Source: Octopus bimaculoides
Lineage: Eukaryota
Reading direction: 5' to 3'
Assembly: GCF_001194135.2 (NCBI RefSeq)
Contig: NC_068986.1
Location: 1,511,997-1,575,996 of the forward strand
Length of the DNA: 64,000 bases
Shown here: positions 1 to 12,648 of the stretch, in pieces
Position numbering within the stretch: position 1 is the stretch's first letter
How the letters are laid out: every line of letters begins with the position of its first letter
The notes under the pieces: model-generated
Told to the model about the DNA's origin: nothing
What the model saw: only the letters and a program-made list of their open reading frames with translations
Database searches by the model: none
Position numbers and translations under genes: made by a program

Positions 1-33
<33 letters not shown>

Positions 34-142
34 TTGTATATACACACACACACATAAATACACACACATCCTGATCCCATGTACATTGTTAAAGATGTAT
101 AAAATTGATGTCGTAAGAACGTGAAATCTAAATCCTACTTAC

Positions 143-228
143 TTTGGATTGTTGGTATGAGTTGTGCAGTTATACAGCAGGCACCACCAATTATCAAACA
201 CCCTGTCACGATGAATTTCCGAGGTAAC
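143..228 (-). CDS. SLC22: SLC22 coding exon 6 (LPRKFIVTGCLIIGGACCITAQLIPTIQ, 86 nt)
   Basis: Not in ORF track. Acceptor ctcttgcag|G; donor A|GTAAGT; phase matches exon 5; hydrophobic TM9-like segment after an R-x-x-R-K loop. Confidence 0.85.
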
Positions 229-399
229 CTGCAAGAGTTTGAATAAGAAGAACAATAATAATAACAACAACAACAATGGTTTCTGAATTAAGTACAAGAC
301 CAACAATTTTTATGGGAGTGGGTATAGTTGATACTATTCACCCCTGTAATTGACAGGTACTTTATTTTATTCTTTCTTTCTCACCTTTTTAAAGCCTAG

Positions 400-743
400 C
401 CAGGCTCATGGGCCCAATTTCCCGGTTTCTATGGCATATGTGTTCCCCCCTAGTTGGACGGGATGCCAGTCCATCGCAGCATTACTCAAGAAACAAGAAG
501 AAAGAGTGAGAGAAAGTTGGGGCGAATGAGTACAACAGGGGTCGCCACCACCCACCGCNNNNNNNNNNAGAGAAAGTTGGGGCGAATGAGTACAACAGGG
601 GTCGCCACCACCCACCGCTGGAGCCTCGTGGAGCTTTAGGTGTTTTCGCTCAATAAACACACACAATGCCCGGCCTGGGAATTGAAACCACAATCCTCCA
701 ACCGCGAGTCCACTGCCCTAACCACTGGACCATTGTGCCTCCA
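400..743 (-). mobile_element. tRNA-derived SINE
   Basis: Minus-strand head TGGTCCAGTGG (A box) and GGTTTCAATTCC (B box); internal duplication flanks a 10-N gap. Confidence 0.7.
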
Positions 744-3700
744 CCTTTATTTTATTGGCTACGTCAATAGTGAGGATGAAAGGCGAAGTTGACTGCAACA
801 GGGTTTGATCTCAGAATGTAAAGTGCCTGAAGAAATACTACAAAATACTTTTTCCAGTGTTCTAATGATTCTGCCAGCTTGCTGGTTTTAATGGTTCCTG
901 ATTTAGAAGAGTAGGCTTGATTCCTGATGGTGCATTTTGTCCCGGAGCAAGACAATTTCATGTAGCTCCAGTCCACTCAGCTGGCAAAAATGAGTAGTAC
1001 CTGGATTTCAAAGGGCCAGCTTTGTTACGTTATGCATTACGCTGAATCTTCCTGAGAACTACATTAGGGGTACATGTGTCTGTGGAGTGCTCAGCCACTT
1101 GCATGTTAATTTCATGAGCAGGCTGTTCTGAAGATCAGATCAGATTAACTGGAGCCCTTGTTGTTGCAACTAATGGTGTGCCAGTTTTTTTCGCACAAGG
1201 CTAATAATTAAGGGGAAAGGATGAAGGGCAAAATCAACCTTGGTGAAAATTGAACTGAGGATGTAAAAGTGGACGAAATACTGCTAAGTATTTGGCTTGG
1301 CATGCAAGAGATTCTTCAAGCTCACTGCAAAAGCAGCAGCAGCAGCAGCAGCAGCAATAATGGTTTCAAATTTTGGCACAGAAGGGGAATAAGAAGAGGG
1401 GGAAGAGGAAGATGAGGCAGAAGGGGAGGAAGAAGAAGAGGGGGAAGAGGAAGATGAGGCAGAAGGGGAGGAAGAGGTGGAGAAGAGAAAATGTGAGAGA
1501 GACCAAAGAAAAAGAGCAGAAAATGAGGTGGAAATGCAAGAGGATATGAAGAAGTAAAAGTTGAAGAAGATGTAAAAGTGGATGAAAGGGAAAAGAAAAG
1601 AATAAGAAAACAAAAGAAAGAAGAATAAGAAAAAAAAGGAAGATATTGTCATTCTTTGAGAGAGAAGTTGTATAATATCAACTGAGTTTCATTTTAGATG
1701 ATTTGAATAAATAGAAAAAATGGTGCAGATCAAACAGATTCTACAATAAAAATAGTGTTTGGTTTCAGAGAAGATATTGAGATAGATATTGGGATTGGAA
1801 AATGCTTTAATTCTGTCAATGGAAAAAGAAAAGAAAAAAAGAAAAAAAACTGAAACAAAATAAAACAGAGTGAAAAGTAAAGGAATAGAATTACAAGAGA
1901 AAAGTTTACAAGAAAGGAAATTAAGGATAGTTCTAAGTACTTGGGGTAATTTGAATTTGGTTACTAGCACAAAAAATATGTAGAGAAGTTGAAATACAAA
2001 GAGAAGAATAGTTTTAGTAAAGTGAGACTACTATTAGAATAAAAGCTGGTTGGTAATGTTATTAGCAACTTTATATTGCTGAAAACTGAGTTTTTTGATT
2101 CATGTGTGTGAATATTCTCGGCAAATACCTTCTGTTATTGCTATACAAACCATCCCTAATTGCAGCTGAAGCTAATAAAAGACACTAATTTAAGATGCTG
2201 CAGAGTGGAACTGAACCTCAAACCACTTCACATGGCTGTCTGGTTAAGAAGAAACCTTTTAAACTACACAAGCACGTTTGCACTATTATAACTTATCAAA
2301 TTCACTTAAGTGATTTCATATACAAGAACTGGATTTAAAAAGTTGATGGTTTGAAGCACCAAGCATGTTTTTCGTCCTTGGCAAAATCTTTAAATTCTCA
2401 CTGATCAAGTTTGCTTAAGTTTGTAGGGCTTCCATCAGTTAATATTGACCATGCATCTTCAGGCATGTGCAAGATTTTTTGGGGAGGAAGATTAGTAGTT
2501 ATCCATGCATGCAAGTCTCCATGCTCCACCTACCAATATTTATCCAAGGGAAAGGCTTCCAACTTGGACCTATACAGTTTGGCACCTGTGTTGCCACAGA
2601 GGTTTGCTGTCAAAATGTAATGAGCTGGAATAGATGCCACAAGGCACATCTTGGATTGGTACTTTATTTTATCAACCCCAAAAGTATTAATGGCAAAGTT
2701 GACTTCAGCAGGATTTGAATTTGGAGTGAAGACAGTTGGACAAAATACTGCGAGGTATTCTATCCAACACACTCACATGTCTATACTGTAAAGATTTTAC
2801 AAACCTATGAATGTTTCCCATATTTAGCTTGAATATGGACACCTCTCACTACTTCTTGAAATATTTCTTTCAAGAGGTGATGTTTATAGAAGATGGGAGG
2901 CAAATCTCTACCTTAATATAATCCTTTCTGCTATTGGCACAAGGCCTGAAATTTGAGAGAGAGAGAGAGAGAACTAACTGATTACATCAACCCCAATGTG
3001 AAAATGATCCTGAAAGAAAGAAAGACAAAGTCGACCTCAGCAAGATTTGAATCCAGTAAAGTTGAAGAGATGCATTATGAGTTTGCTGCTTTGTCTAGCT
3101 TAATGTATGGCCAGCTTACCTTATGATGTTATTTAACCCCAGGTCAGCCCTGGTTCAGCACCCAAACCCAAACAAACCAAAGCTGTCACTTACAAATGTG
3201 TATGACTTGGAAGCATGTACTAAGCTTTTGCTAATTATTTTAAAGTGCTACTGTAGTTTCAAGCAGACACAAATACCCTTTCTACCCCATCCTCACCCTT
3301 AATCCAGTAGAACATCCAGGTTGATTGATTAGATTTACAATTAAAAGTATTCCAGCTGTAACTATCTCAGCTTGGTTTTCAAGAATAGTGTATCTATGAT
3401 TACATTTTTCAAAGTGCTATTTTTTTAAAAGGCAGAAGTATATGATATTTGAGGGAGATCTCATTGCATTTTTTAGCAGGTTGAATAATCATATATTCTA
3501 CACAACATAATTATTTCCAACAGCCATGTGATCTGAGCTATGGAAAATTAAGTGTATTGCCCAAATATGTAAAAAAAAAGAAAAGAAAAAAAAAAAGAAC
3601 AACAACCATGGTTGTTTTGTTTTTTAACTGAAAACCTTTGAGTGATAGACTCATCCTTTTTACTTCTATTACTCAGACGTATAGACATTGCTGAAATATG

Positions 3701-4238
3701 TTCTAGAGTTTATCTCTGTAATCAAAGCTGAAGTATGCTTTATAGCTCATTCCTGCAGGAACAGTTCAGACTGCAATTCACAAATGAAATATGTTTTAGA
3801 GCTCATGTCTGTAAATACAGCTGTAATGAGTTTTACATCATCACCCTATGTGTTCTGTAGATTTTCCTTGAAAACTCAGCTGAATTAGGTTTCATTAATT
3901 TGTATTCAAATTCATAATTTCTCACAGGTAAAATGTAAAATATGCAGACATATCAACTGAAGGAAATGTTTCTCATCTGTTTAATACAACAAAGGCTTTG
4001 ACACACTTGAGAACATTTCACTCAGTAAATAGGACACCTGTAACAAGATAGGAAGAGTTAGCTGCTTGTTGAAAATCTTTGGATAGGATTAGGATTATTT
4101 TTGTGATGCATGTGCCTGGTGTACCCTTATCAGACGGGTAGTCATGATGGGTATACTGGGCTTTGTATATTTTACCCCAGTGTCACTTTGTTGGCATGCA
4201 CTGCTCTCTCACTCAATAATAATAATAATAATAATAAT

Positions 4239-5075
4239 TCTTTCTACCAAAGGTACAAGGCTTGAAATTTTGAGGAAGGTAACTGGTAATTAATTTATCA
4301 ACCACCAAAAGGACGAAAGGCGAAGTCGAGCCTGGCAGCATTTGAACTCAAAACGTGAAGACAGACAAAATACCACGAAGCATTTCGTCCAGCATGCTAA
4401 CGATTCTTATTTCTTTATTGCCCACAAGGGGCTAAATATATAGGGGATAAGCAAGGACAGACAAAGGAATCAAGTTGATTGCATTGACCCCAGTGCGTAA
4501 CTGGTACTTAATTTATCGACCCTGAAAGGATGAAAGCAAAGTCGACCTCGGCGGAATTTGAACTCAGAACGTAAAGACAGATGAAATACCGCTGAGCTCA
4601 ACTGGTACTTATTTTATTAACCCTGAGAGGATGAAAGACGAAGTCAACCTCAGCAGGATTTGAACTCAGGATATAAAGTTGGAGGAAATGCCACTAAGCA
4701 TTTTGTCCAGCATGTTAACAATTCTGCCAGCTTGCAACTTTAAAACATGAAAAGCAAAGTTGACCACGGTGGAATTTGAACTCAGACTGTAAAGGCAGAT
4801 GAAATGCCGTTAAGCATTTCACCCGGTATGCTAACAATTCTGCCAGCTCACCACCTTATTAATAGTGATAATAATAATCCTTTCTATTGGAGGCGGGGAA
4901 GGGGGTAGTCAGTTACATCAACCACAATGCTTGGCTGGTACTTATTTTATTGGCCCTGAACAGATAAAAGGTAGAGTTGACCACAGTGGTATTTGAACTT
5001 AGAATGTGAAGACTGATGAAATGCTGCTAAGCAGTTTGTTCAGTGTGCTTATGATTCTGCCAGCTTACAACCGTA
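4239..5075 (-). mobile_element. Cluster of five nested or truncated family-B SINEs
   Basis: Five recurrences of ...gtcgacctcggcggaatttgaactcagaac... variants in the same orientation. Confidence 0.85.
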
Positions 5076-5984
5076 TTAACAACAACAACAACAACAACAA
5101 TAATAATAATAAAATATTGAAAACAAGCCAAAATATAATAGGCTGTTAGCACAATCTTGCAGAGAATTGCTTATGGTACATCAGCAGTTATGTGGTGAAA
5201 TCACATCATTGCATTATATCTCCTTTCTCAGAATACATAGTCCACTCCTGGCATGTGTCTTACATTATTTAAGAAATCCGTTACCTTTAAGAAGCATTCC
5301 TTTAATTACCTAAATGAAAAATTCTCCTAGAAAGATGAAAGGTATGTTAACAAACTTTTATCTGCCTGTCAGCTATTTGTAATGAGTAGATAACAAACCA
5401 TAGAACCAGTGAGCTGTCTTGAAGGCTGATCGCAGTAACAAAACATTGCAACCATAAATAAGGAAATTTACATCCTGTATGGCAAAATTCTTGGTCAGAA
5501 TATAATCAACCTCACAACTGAACTGAAAAAGGATAAAATTAAAACATGGTACTCCCATAATATAGTTTATTTATAGTTTCAAATTGTTTCCAGTATATTG
5601 TTAGAATAATGTGTTTATGTGTGCAGAATTATATATTTCTTCTCTACAAAACCACTTCTTCACTTCTTTCAACAGGTGTATGATGAAATGCAATAAATTT
5701 CTTTTCCAACAAAATATCCCTGTAAAATAGATGTGTATTTTATACACAATAAACATGGTAATTAATTTCTTGACCAAAATTAATCATCCCTAAATGGTGA
5801 ATTTTTAATTAATTACAAACATAATTGGGTCAATGCATTAAGTATGAAGCTGTCATTTAACTTAAATGCTATTCAAACACCATTCGATGGAATCGCATAC
5901 ATTAAATGATTTTCAAATAAAATCTCTTTCTATATAAATATTCTCTTAAAGGTCTAGTAAGTACATGTTAGACTATATACTAAT

Positions 5985-6205
5985 TTCAAATTTTGGCACA
6001 AAGCCAGCAATTTTGTGGGTGGGGGGAAGTTGATTACAACAACCCAAGTATCCAACTGATACTTGTTTTATCGACCCCCCCACCAAAAAAAAAAACCATC
6101 AAAGGCAAGTTGGCCTTGGCAGAATTTGAACTCAGAATGTCAAGACAGATGAAATGCTGTTAAGCATTTTGCCCAGTCTTGTAATGATTCTGCCAACTCA
6201 GTACC
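5985..6205 (-). mobile_element. Family-B SINE
   Basis: Similar to the full-length copy at 48666-48882. Confidence 0.8.
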
Positions 6206-7168
6206 TTTGTTAGATTACATATTGCTAAGACCATAATGTGTTTGGAGCTGTCATTTTACTTTCAAAGGATCAGACGCAATCTCCACTGCATGCTTCCATT
6301 GAAGTTGTAATCAGGTTAAATTTTGGACATCTCTACCTCACTTTCCTCAACAAAAAATGTTGATACTAAAAATAGCAACAATTCTTCTTATCCTTTGGAG
6401 TATAATTTCAAATGATTAAGCATTAAGCAAAGCAGCTAGTTAGAACATTTCTAGCTACTTTGCTTGTTGCAAGATCAGTGACTGATTGTCGCTTGGTTTT
6501 CTATATATTGCAAGCTGGAGTGAATTCCTGCTATCTCTAGCAGCTGAGTGCTCACCACTGATGATGGGCACAAATAGCCCAAAACTGGTGATCCTGTCAT
6601 CTTCTAGAAGATTGTAGAGGTTTGCTCCTCTGCTTGCAATATGTACCAGGACCAGATTGCATCGATAACCAGCTGGAGGAGGCTCTTCCAAGGGTTAAAA
6701 ACTGTAGAAACATCAAACAGTCATATTGATGTGGAGATAAACATTACTTCTTGGTTAAGCATTATTTTTCATTAATTACATTAAGAAGTGAAGACACAAG
6801 GCCTACAGGTTAGGATATTGAACTCATGGTCATAAATTTGTGGTTTTGATTTTCAAACAAGGCAGCATGTTACATTGTTGAACAAAAATCTTCGTTTCAT
6901 GTTACTGCAGTCTACTCGCCTGAAAACAAGAATCCACAACAGCCAGGAGTTAATGCTACAATGGATTGATGTCTCATTCAGGAGGAGTATTGCACTCTAG
7001 ATCACTTATAAGCCACAGGAAACAGGATAAGCTTTGGGCCAACATATATATATGTGGTTAGCCCTCAGCTAACCACATATATATATATACAGTTTTACCC
7101 CACCACACACAGACATACACTAAATAATTCATAATAAAATAAATAAAAGCAGTTATCAATGAACTTAC

Positions 7169-7303
7169 CGCGCAATCATGCAAAACAAAACCAAGTAAAC
7201 AATAAACTCCAACAGTCCACCAACAAATAAGTTGAGGTATTTGTTTCCAACCAAATTTGATATCTTTAGTGAAATACCATAGTAACCAAGGGCTGCAGTA
7301 AAC
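7169..7303 (-). CDS. SLC22: SLC22 coding exon 5 (FTAALGYYGISLKISNLVGNKYLNLFVGGLLEFIVYLVLFCMIA, 135 nt)
   Basis: Not in ORF track. Acceptor cactttctag|G; donor CG|GTAAGT; TM7/TM8 with YYG, GNKYLN and conserved Glu. Confidence 0.93.
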
Positions 7304-8630
7304 CTAGAAAGTGAAAAGAAAGGGAATAAGATCAATCGCATTTGGAAATAGCATGATTCAAAAGTGGCTTTAGCACTTAAACGATGTATGAAGTTTTTAT
7401 TTTATATTTTGTCACAATTATATTTTTATATATTTTTAATACTCTCTTGGCTACTTTGTTGTGAATATCAATCAGTTTATAGGCACCCTTATCATTGACA
7501 TGTAAAAGGGTGCCTGCGTCAGTGACACATAAAACCCACCCAGTACACTCTGTAAAGTGGTTGGCATTAAGAAGGGCATCCAGACATAGAAACCAAGCAA
7601 AAACAAGGGATTGGAGCCTGGTGCAGCTCTCCAGCTTACTGGTCCATATGGCCCTTGAGAATCCATACAACAAAATAGTAAATTGGGGATCCACAATAAT
7701 TTTTTAAGAGTCCCTGAAAAATTTTGCAAGAAACATCTAGGTTTCTTTCCCTAACATTTTACAAAGTTCAGCCTACACAATTGAATGAGTGAATAACAAA
7801 ATAAGAATTTGGATAGAAGTTTCCATAAGACTAGGTTTTAATCACTGAATGGCTATGGGGGTCCACCAGAATATAATAGTAATCAAACGGGATCATGGAT
7901 AAAAAAAAAATGGTCGAGAATCTCAGAACTACACCAACAAATTTTATCCGATCCATGCAAATATTGATAAGTGAATGTTAAACTAATGAAGATGATGACT
8001 GTGAAGATGATGATGATGATGATGATGACGATGACAGTGACAAAGACAACAATGGTGCATGACACACACAAAAAGAAATGTTAGTACAGAAATCATCACT
8101 GCAATTCCATTTATATTTCCAGGCAGCAAGAGATGGAAGTGATTCGCAGCATGTCTTTGAAAAGTAACAATTCTGCTTTGCTTGTTCAGCTTTATTTCTT
8201 CCTCTCTTTGGAAAACAAGAAAGCTTTTACTTAATTTTATTCTGTAATTTTGATCTTGCTTTTATTCTCAATCACAATAGAAAATGTTTCTCTTTTCTTT
8301 ACGGAAATATTCACACTTGAATTTCAATTATACTCACTTTTACCTGTCAAAATAGTCATTTTATCTATCGGCATAACTACCTGTGCTTTCTATTCTTTCA
8401 CTGGTTTCAGTCATTAGACTGTGTCCCTGCTGTGATACCAGCTACAAGAGCTTTTAGTCAATCATATGAAGCCCAGTATTGATTTCAGGCTGGTAAATAA
8501 TTTTATCAATCTCTATTTATCAAACTGCTTAATTTGTTTTGTTTTTTCTATATAATAAGGGGAAACAACTTAATACACTAATAAACATAAACAATAGACA
8601 AACACACATATACAAATACACACACACACA

Positions 8631-9110
8631 CATCATCATCATCATCGTTTAATGTCCGCTTTCCATGCTAGCATGGGTTGGACGATTTGACTGAGGACTG
8701 GTGAACCAGATGGCTGCACCAGGCTCCAATCTGATTTGGCAGAGTTTCTACAGCTGGATGTCCTTCCTAATGCCAACCACTCTGAGAGTGTAGTGGGTGC
8801 TTTTACGTGCCACCGGCATGAGGGCCAGTCAGGCAGTACTGGCAATGGCCATGCTCAAATGGTGTTTTTTATGTGCCACCTGCACAGAGCCAGTCCCGCA
8901 GCACTGGCAACAACCTCGCTCAAATGTTTTTTCACGTGCTACTGGCACAAGTGCCAGTAAGGCGATAGTGGTAACGATCATGCTCAAGTGGTGCTTTTTA
9001 CGTGCCACCAGCACGGAAGCTGGACAGTTGCTCTGGCAATGATCATGCTTGGATGGTGCTGTTAGTGCCCCACTGGCATGGGCACCAGTCATCGAATTTG
9101 GTTCGATTTT
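8631..9110 (-). mobile_element. Family-A SINE-like element ((GAT)n tail) with internal ~65-bp array
   Basis: Tail ccatgctagcatggaaagcggacattaaacgatgatg is shared with 30040-30192, 34372-34476, 37021-37199, 41845-42057 and 48083-48265. Confidence 0.85.
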
Positions 9111-9502
9111 GATTTCACTTGCCTACATATGTATATGTATGTGTATATTTGTGTGTGTATATATATATGTATATATATATATTATATACATGCACACGCA
9201 TACATTATTTCTTCTATACTGAAATTAATACTACAAGAAGAAGGTTCCAAAATGGTTGTAATCCTATGGAAGTCAAGTGGTTAAATAAATATATATTCAT
9301 TTCTTATACCTTCTGACTTTATGGTTTTAAATATATATATATATATATATACATATATATCTTTATATATATAAATATAATTTAGAGAAAAACTAACTAT
9401 TAACAAATTCAACGATGAAAAATGTCATTCAAAACATCTAGAAAAACAAATATACCACAAAAACCCTATTCCAAAAATCAATAAATAGCAAATAATATTA
9501 AA

Positions 9503-9577
9503 AGATTACACATGTTTCGTGGCTATATTTTAAAATAAATTTGATTCTATCTAAAAATATAGTCACTCTTCAGGTCT
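9503..9577 (-). ncRNA. Near-intact type I hammerhead motif in SLC22 intron 4 (sense strand)
   Basis: CTGAAGA 9573-9567; stem II GTGACTATATTTT/AAAATATAGCCAC (12 of 13 pairs); GAAAC-ATGT-GTA; weak stem I AGAC/ATCT with a mismatch next to the core. Confidence 0.7.
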
Positions 9578-10165
9578 ATAATAATCATAAGAATAATGTG
9601 GCCAGATTTGGCCTCACACACCTATCCTACAATGTCATTTTAAAAATAAACAATCAATCACCAAAATCTCAAAGCTACAATACAAGATAATACATGATTA
9701 ATTCAAAACAATATGAATAAATAAGCATTACATTTGACAAAATAATTTGAATGCTGAAGGGTTAAAGACAACAGGATGAGGTATGAAGTAGATTTTGGTA
9801 CTATTTCTGTGGTGTTGAACAACCACATAGAGGCTACTTCATTAATCTTATATGTTTTTAGCATTTGTAGAATTTAACAGTGACAATAACAATCTTGCTG
9901 TCATCCTTAATATCACAATCACTCCTTAATTGTCACACCTGCCTCTTGTTGGTGTAGATTACACAATTAAGTAAATGGATTTTAAATTACCTAATCTGGG
10001 ATTTAATTGAATTTCTCTTAAAACCATTATTGCCATTCTATTGTATCCACTTTCTCTTTATTTGTTCAAAACTACATGGTGGACTGTCTTCATTTTGGGT
10101 ATAGTCATAAAGTACCAGCACCCAAGATTCTAGGATCCTAAGATCATTTGAATATTTCAACATAA

Positions 10166-10590
10166 GCATGGCTGGGCTGGGTGATTAAGAAGCTCACTTT
10201 GCAACCATATGGTTTCAGGTTCAGTCCCACTGCATGGCACCTTGAGTAAGTGTCTCCTACTATAACTCCAGACTGACCAATGTCTTATGAATGAATTTGG
10301 TAGATGGAAACTGTATAGAAGCTCGTAATACATATATATATGCAGTGGGAGTGTATGCGAGTGTATGTGTGTGTATGCGAGTGTATGTGTGTTTTTGCTT
10401 GTCCCCTGCTCACCATCACTTGACAATTGGTGTTGGTTTGTTTATGCTCCCATAACTTAGTGGTTCAGCAAAAGGGACTGGCAGAATAAGTACCAGACAC
10501 CAGACTTTAAAAAATAAGTAAAGTGGGTGATTTTGTTTGACTAAATTACCCCAGCATGGTCGCAGTCTAATGACTGAAACAAGTAAAAGC
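10166..10590 (+). mobile_element. Family-C tRNA-derived SINE
   Basis: Head ...ggtttcaggttcagtcccactgc..., internal microsatellite, tail ...gtctaatgactgaaacaagtaaaa. Confidence 0.85.
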
Positions 10591-10628
10591 AAAAGAATAA
10601 AAGACAGTAAACAAGAGGACACACTTAC

Positions 10629-10865
10629 CAAAGCAGGAACATAATAATGCTAATTTTTCTAATGTTTGGCTTGGAGAAGATGTCCGTAAAGCCATACTGC
10701 CGTGTCATTTGGGCAGGATCATCTGCTGACATCTCTTCTTTTACACGATCGAATAGTTCCTTCGGAAATTCTAAACTGTTTGCTATAGACATTCGTTTAG
10801 CAACAAGTTCTGCTTCTGGGAACCGTCCTCGTAGCAAAAGCCACCGCAGAGACTCTGGAATTATG
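10629..10865 (-). CDS. SLC22: SLC22 coding exon 4 (IIPESLRWLLLRGRF...IRKISIIMFLLW, 237 nt, phase 2-2)
   Basis: Acceptor ttctttccag|C; donor TG|GTAAGT; PESxRWL motif. Confidence 0.95.
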
Positions 10866-11860
10866 CTGGAAAGAATAAAAATTTAAGAATATGTAGATAT
10901 TTAAACTAGACATAGATTTAAAAGTTTAAAAAAAGAAAAGAAGAATATTAAGAACTGAAAATGGAAACATATAAACAATTTCTAAAAAAAAATAAAATTG
11001 TCAATTAAATTAATTGACAATTAAACTAGGATTGGTTAAAAAGACTACTTTTGTATATTTACCAAAAACAAAATAAATACTTAGTCCTACCTAGAACATA
11101 GATTTTTTTATTTTTCTCATTTCTCATTATCTCCTCCTGCTGTCCACATATATCTCTATCTACAGAAATGTGTTTTTCTTATTCATTTATGTGGTGTTTA
11201 CTAATAATTATGTTTAAAAATGTTAAATACACAAATAATATACATAAAACTACTTTGCATGGCGTTATATTTATGTTGATCATCAACTTCATCGAACTCT
11301 AACAATGTTGGCTACAACTGTTGCTGCTGTTGGTGTCCCCGCCTCTTCTCCCTTCTTTTAACACCCATTCCTCCATTTTTGATGCAGTCTGCTGTCTCAT
11401 TCAGCAATGTCCAAAGAGTTCTTAAGCGAATATATTGTTCGCAGTTTGCAACAAATGATTCTCATTGTACACACACACGCAACAGACGTATGTGTGTTGT
11501 GTGTGTTTGTTGTGTGTGTTTGTGTGTGTATCACAACCATATCCTGTTTCTGCTATTTATATGGAGGAAAAAATCTTTTAATCAGTTACAATACTAATGC
11601 TTTATGAAATTCTGGTGACACTGGCTGCTGCATTTTTTTTCTTTTCACAAGTGTCTCATCTATGATAGAATTTAACTTCTGTTAGTCACACATTGGAGCA
11701 TTTTTTTCTATCAGAACCACATTTAACATCTAATTTGCTAATGCAGTTCACAATCTTTGCATTAGAATTACAGTCAAATGACTGGAATCTTACTGAACTT
11801 CTTGTGCAACCAATGTTTACTTCTTAACACTGTTCTATGTTTATTTGAGATATTCTTTTA

Positions 11861-12216
11861 TTAGTTTCAGTCATTTGACTGAGACCATGCTGGAGCACCA
11901 CCTTTAGTCGAACAAATCAACCCCAGGATTTATTCTTTGTAAGCCTAGTACTTATTCTATCAGTCTCTTTTGCTGAACCGCTAAATTACAGAGACATAAA
12001 CACATCAACATCGGTTGTCAAATGGTAGTTGGGAGACAAACACAGGCATACAAATATAGATACACACACATATATATAGACAAGCTTCTTTCAGTTTCCA
12101 TCTTCCAAATCCATTCACAAGGCTTTGGTCAGCCCAAGGCTATAGTAGAAGACACTTGGCTAAGGTGTCATGCAGTGGGACTGAACCTGGAACCATGTGG
12201 TTGGGAGGCAAGCTTA
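11861..12216 (-). mobile_element. Family-C SINE
   Basis: Reverse-complement homolog of 10166-10590. Confidence 0.85.
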
Positions 12217-12634
12217 TCAAAGATATATATATATATATATGATGGATTATCGTGTGAATGACAAAAGAGGGTTCAGTAAAATAAGTGGTAATATACATAT
12301 CACTCATACGTATATATATGTATCACTCATACATATATATACACACACATTATATACATATTTCCTATATATATGTTGAAGTTATGTTACATAGTGAAAG
12401 CAGTCCTTAAACCTGGCCCAGGATGTGATTGCTAAACTAAAGAACAACATAATCTGAACTGTAACCTCTTGCTCTCTTGCCTCCTCCCTCTCCTCCTCCT
12501 CTCTCTCAATCTCTTACTGTCTCTTTTGTTTACTATTCCATAAATAACATGACTTCTATTCTGTTTGAACCAGTTTGCTGGCAAAACTTGATTCCATATA
12601 GCTTTAAAGTACACGATAAGTAAAATAGTTTTAG

Positions 12635-12648
12635 GTTACCATAGTAAC
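12635..12648. promoter_or_regulatory. RFX X-box motif GTTACCATAGTAAC (intron 3)
   Basis: Matches the GTTRCCATRGYAAC consensus; sequence match only. Confidence 0.3.

Noticed and set aside
509-618. 50-bp direct repeat either side of a 10-N gap
   Set aside because: Identical copies abut a gap; typical unmerged contig overlap.
4095-4215. Unique block ending in (AAT)n, possibly a third AAT-targeting LINE 3' UTR
   Set aside because: One copy in the window and no coding remnant to support it.
6455-6691. 78-aa minus-strand ORF with an upstream cag acceptor in intron 5
   Set aside because: No SLC22 similarity in any frame, no clear donor, no recognisable domain; possibly an old LINE remnant.
8800-9080. 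CRISPR-like periodicity (also 3693-3822 and 24585-24690)
   Set aside because: Whole units are homologous with no unique spacers, they lie in or near SINEs, and there are no cas genes in this eukaryotic DNA.
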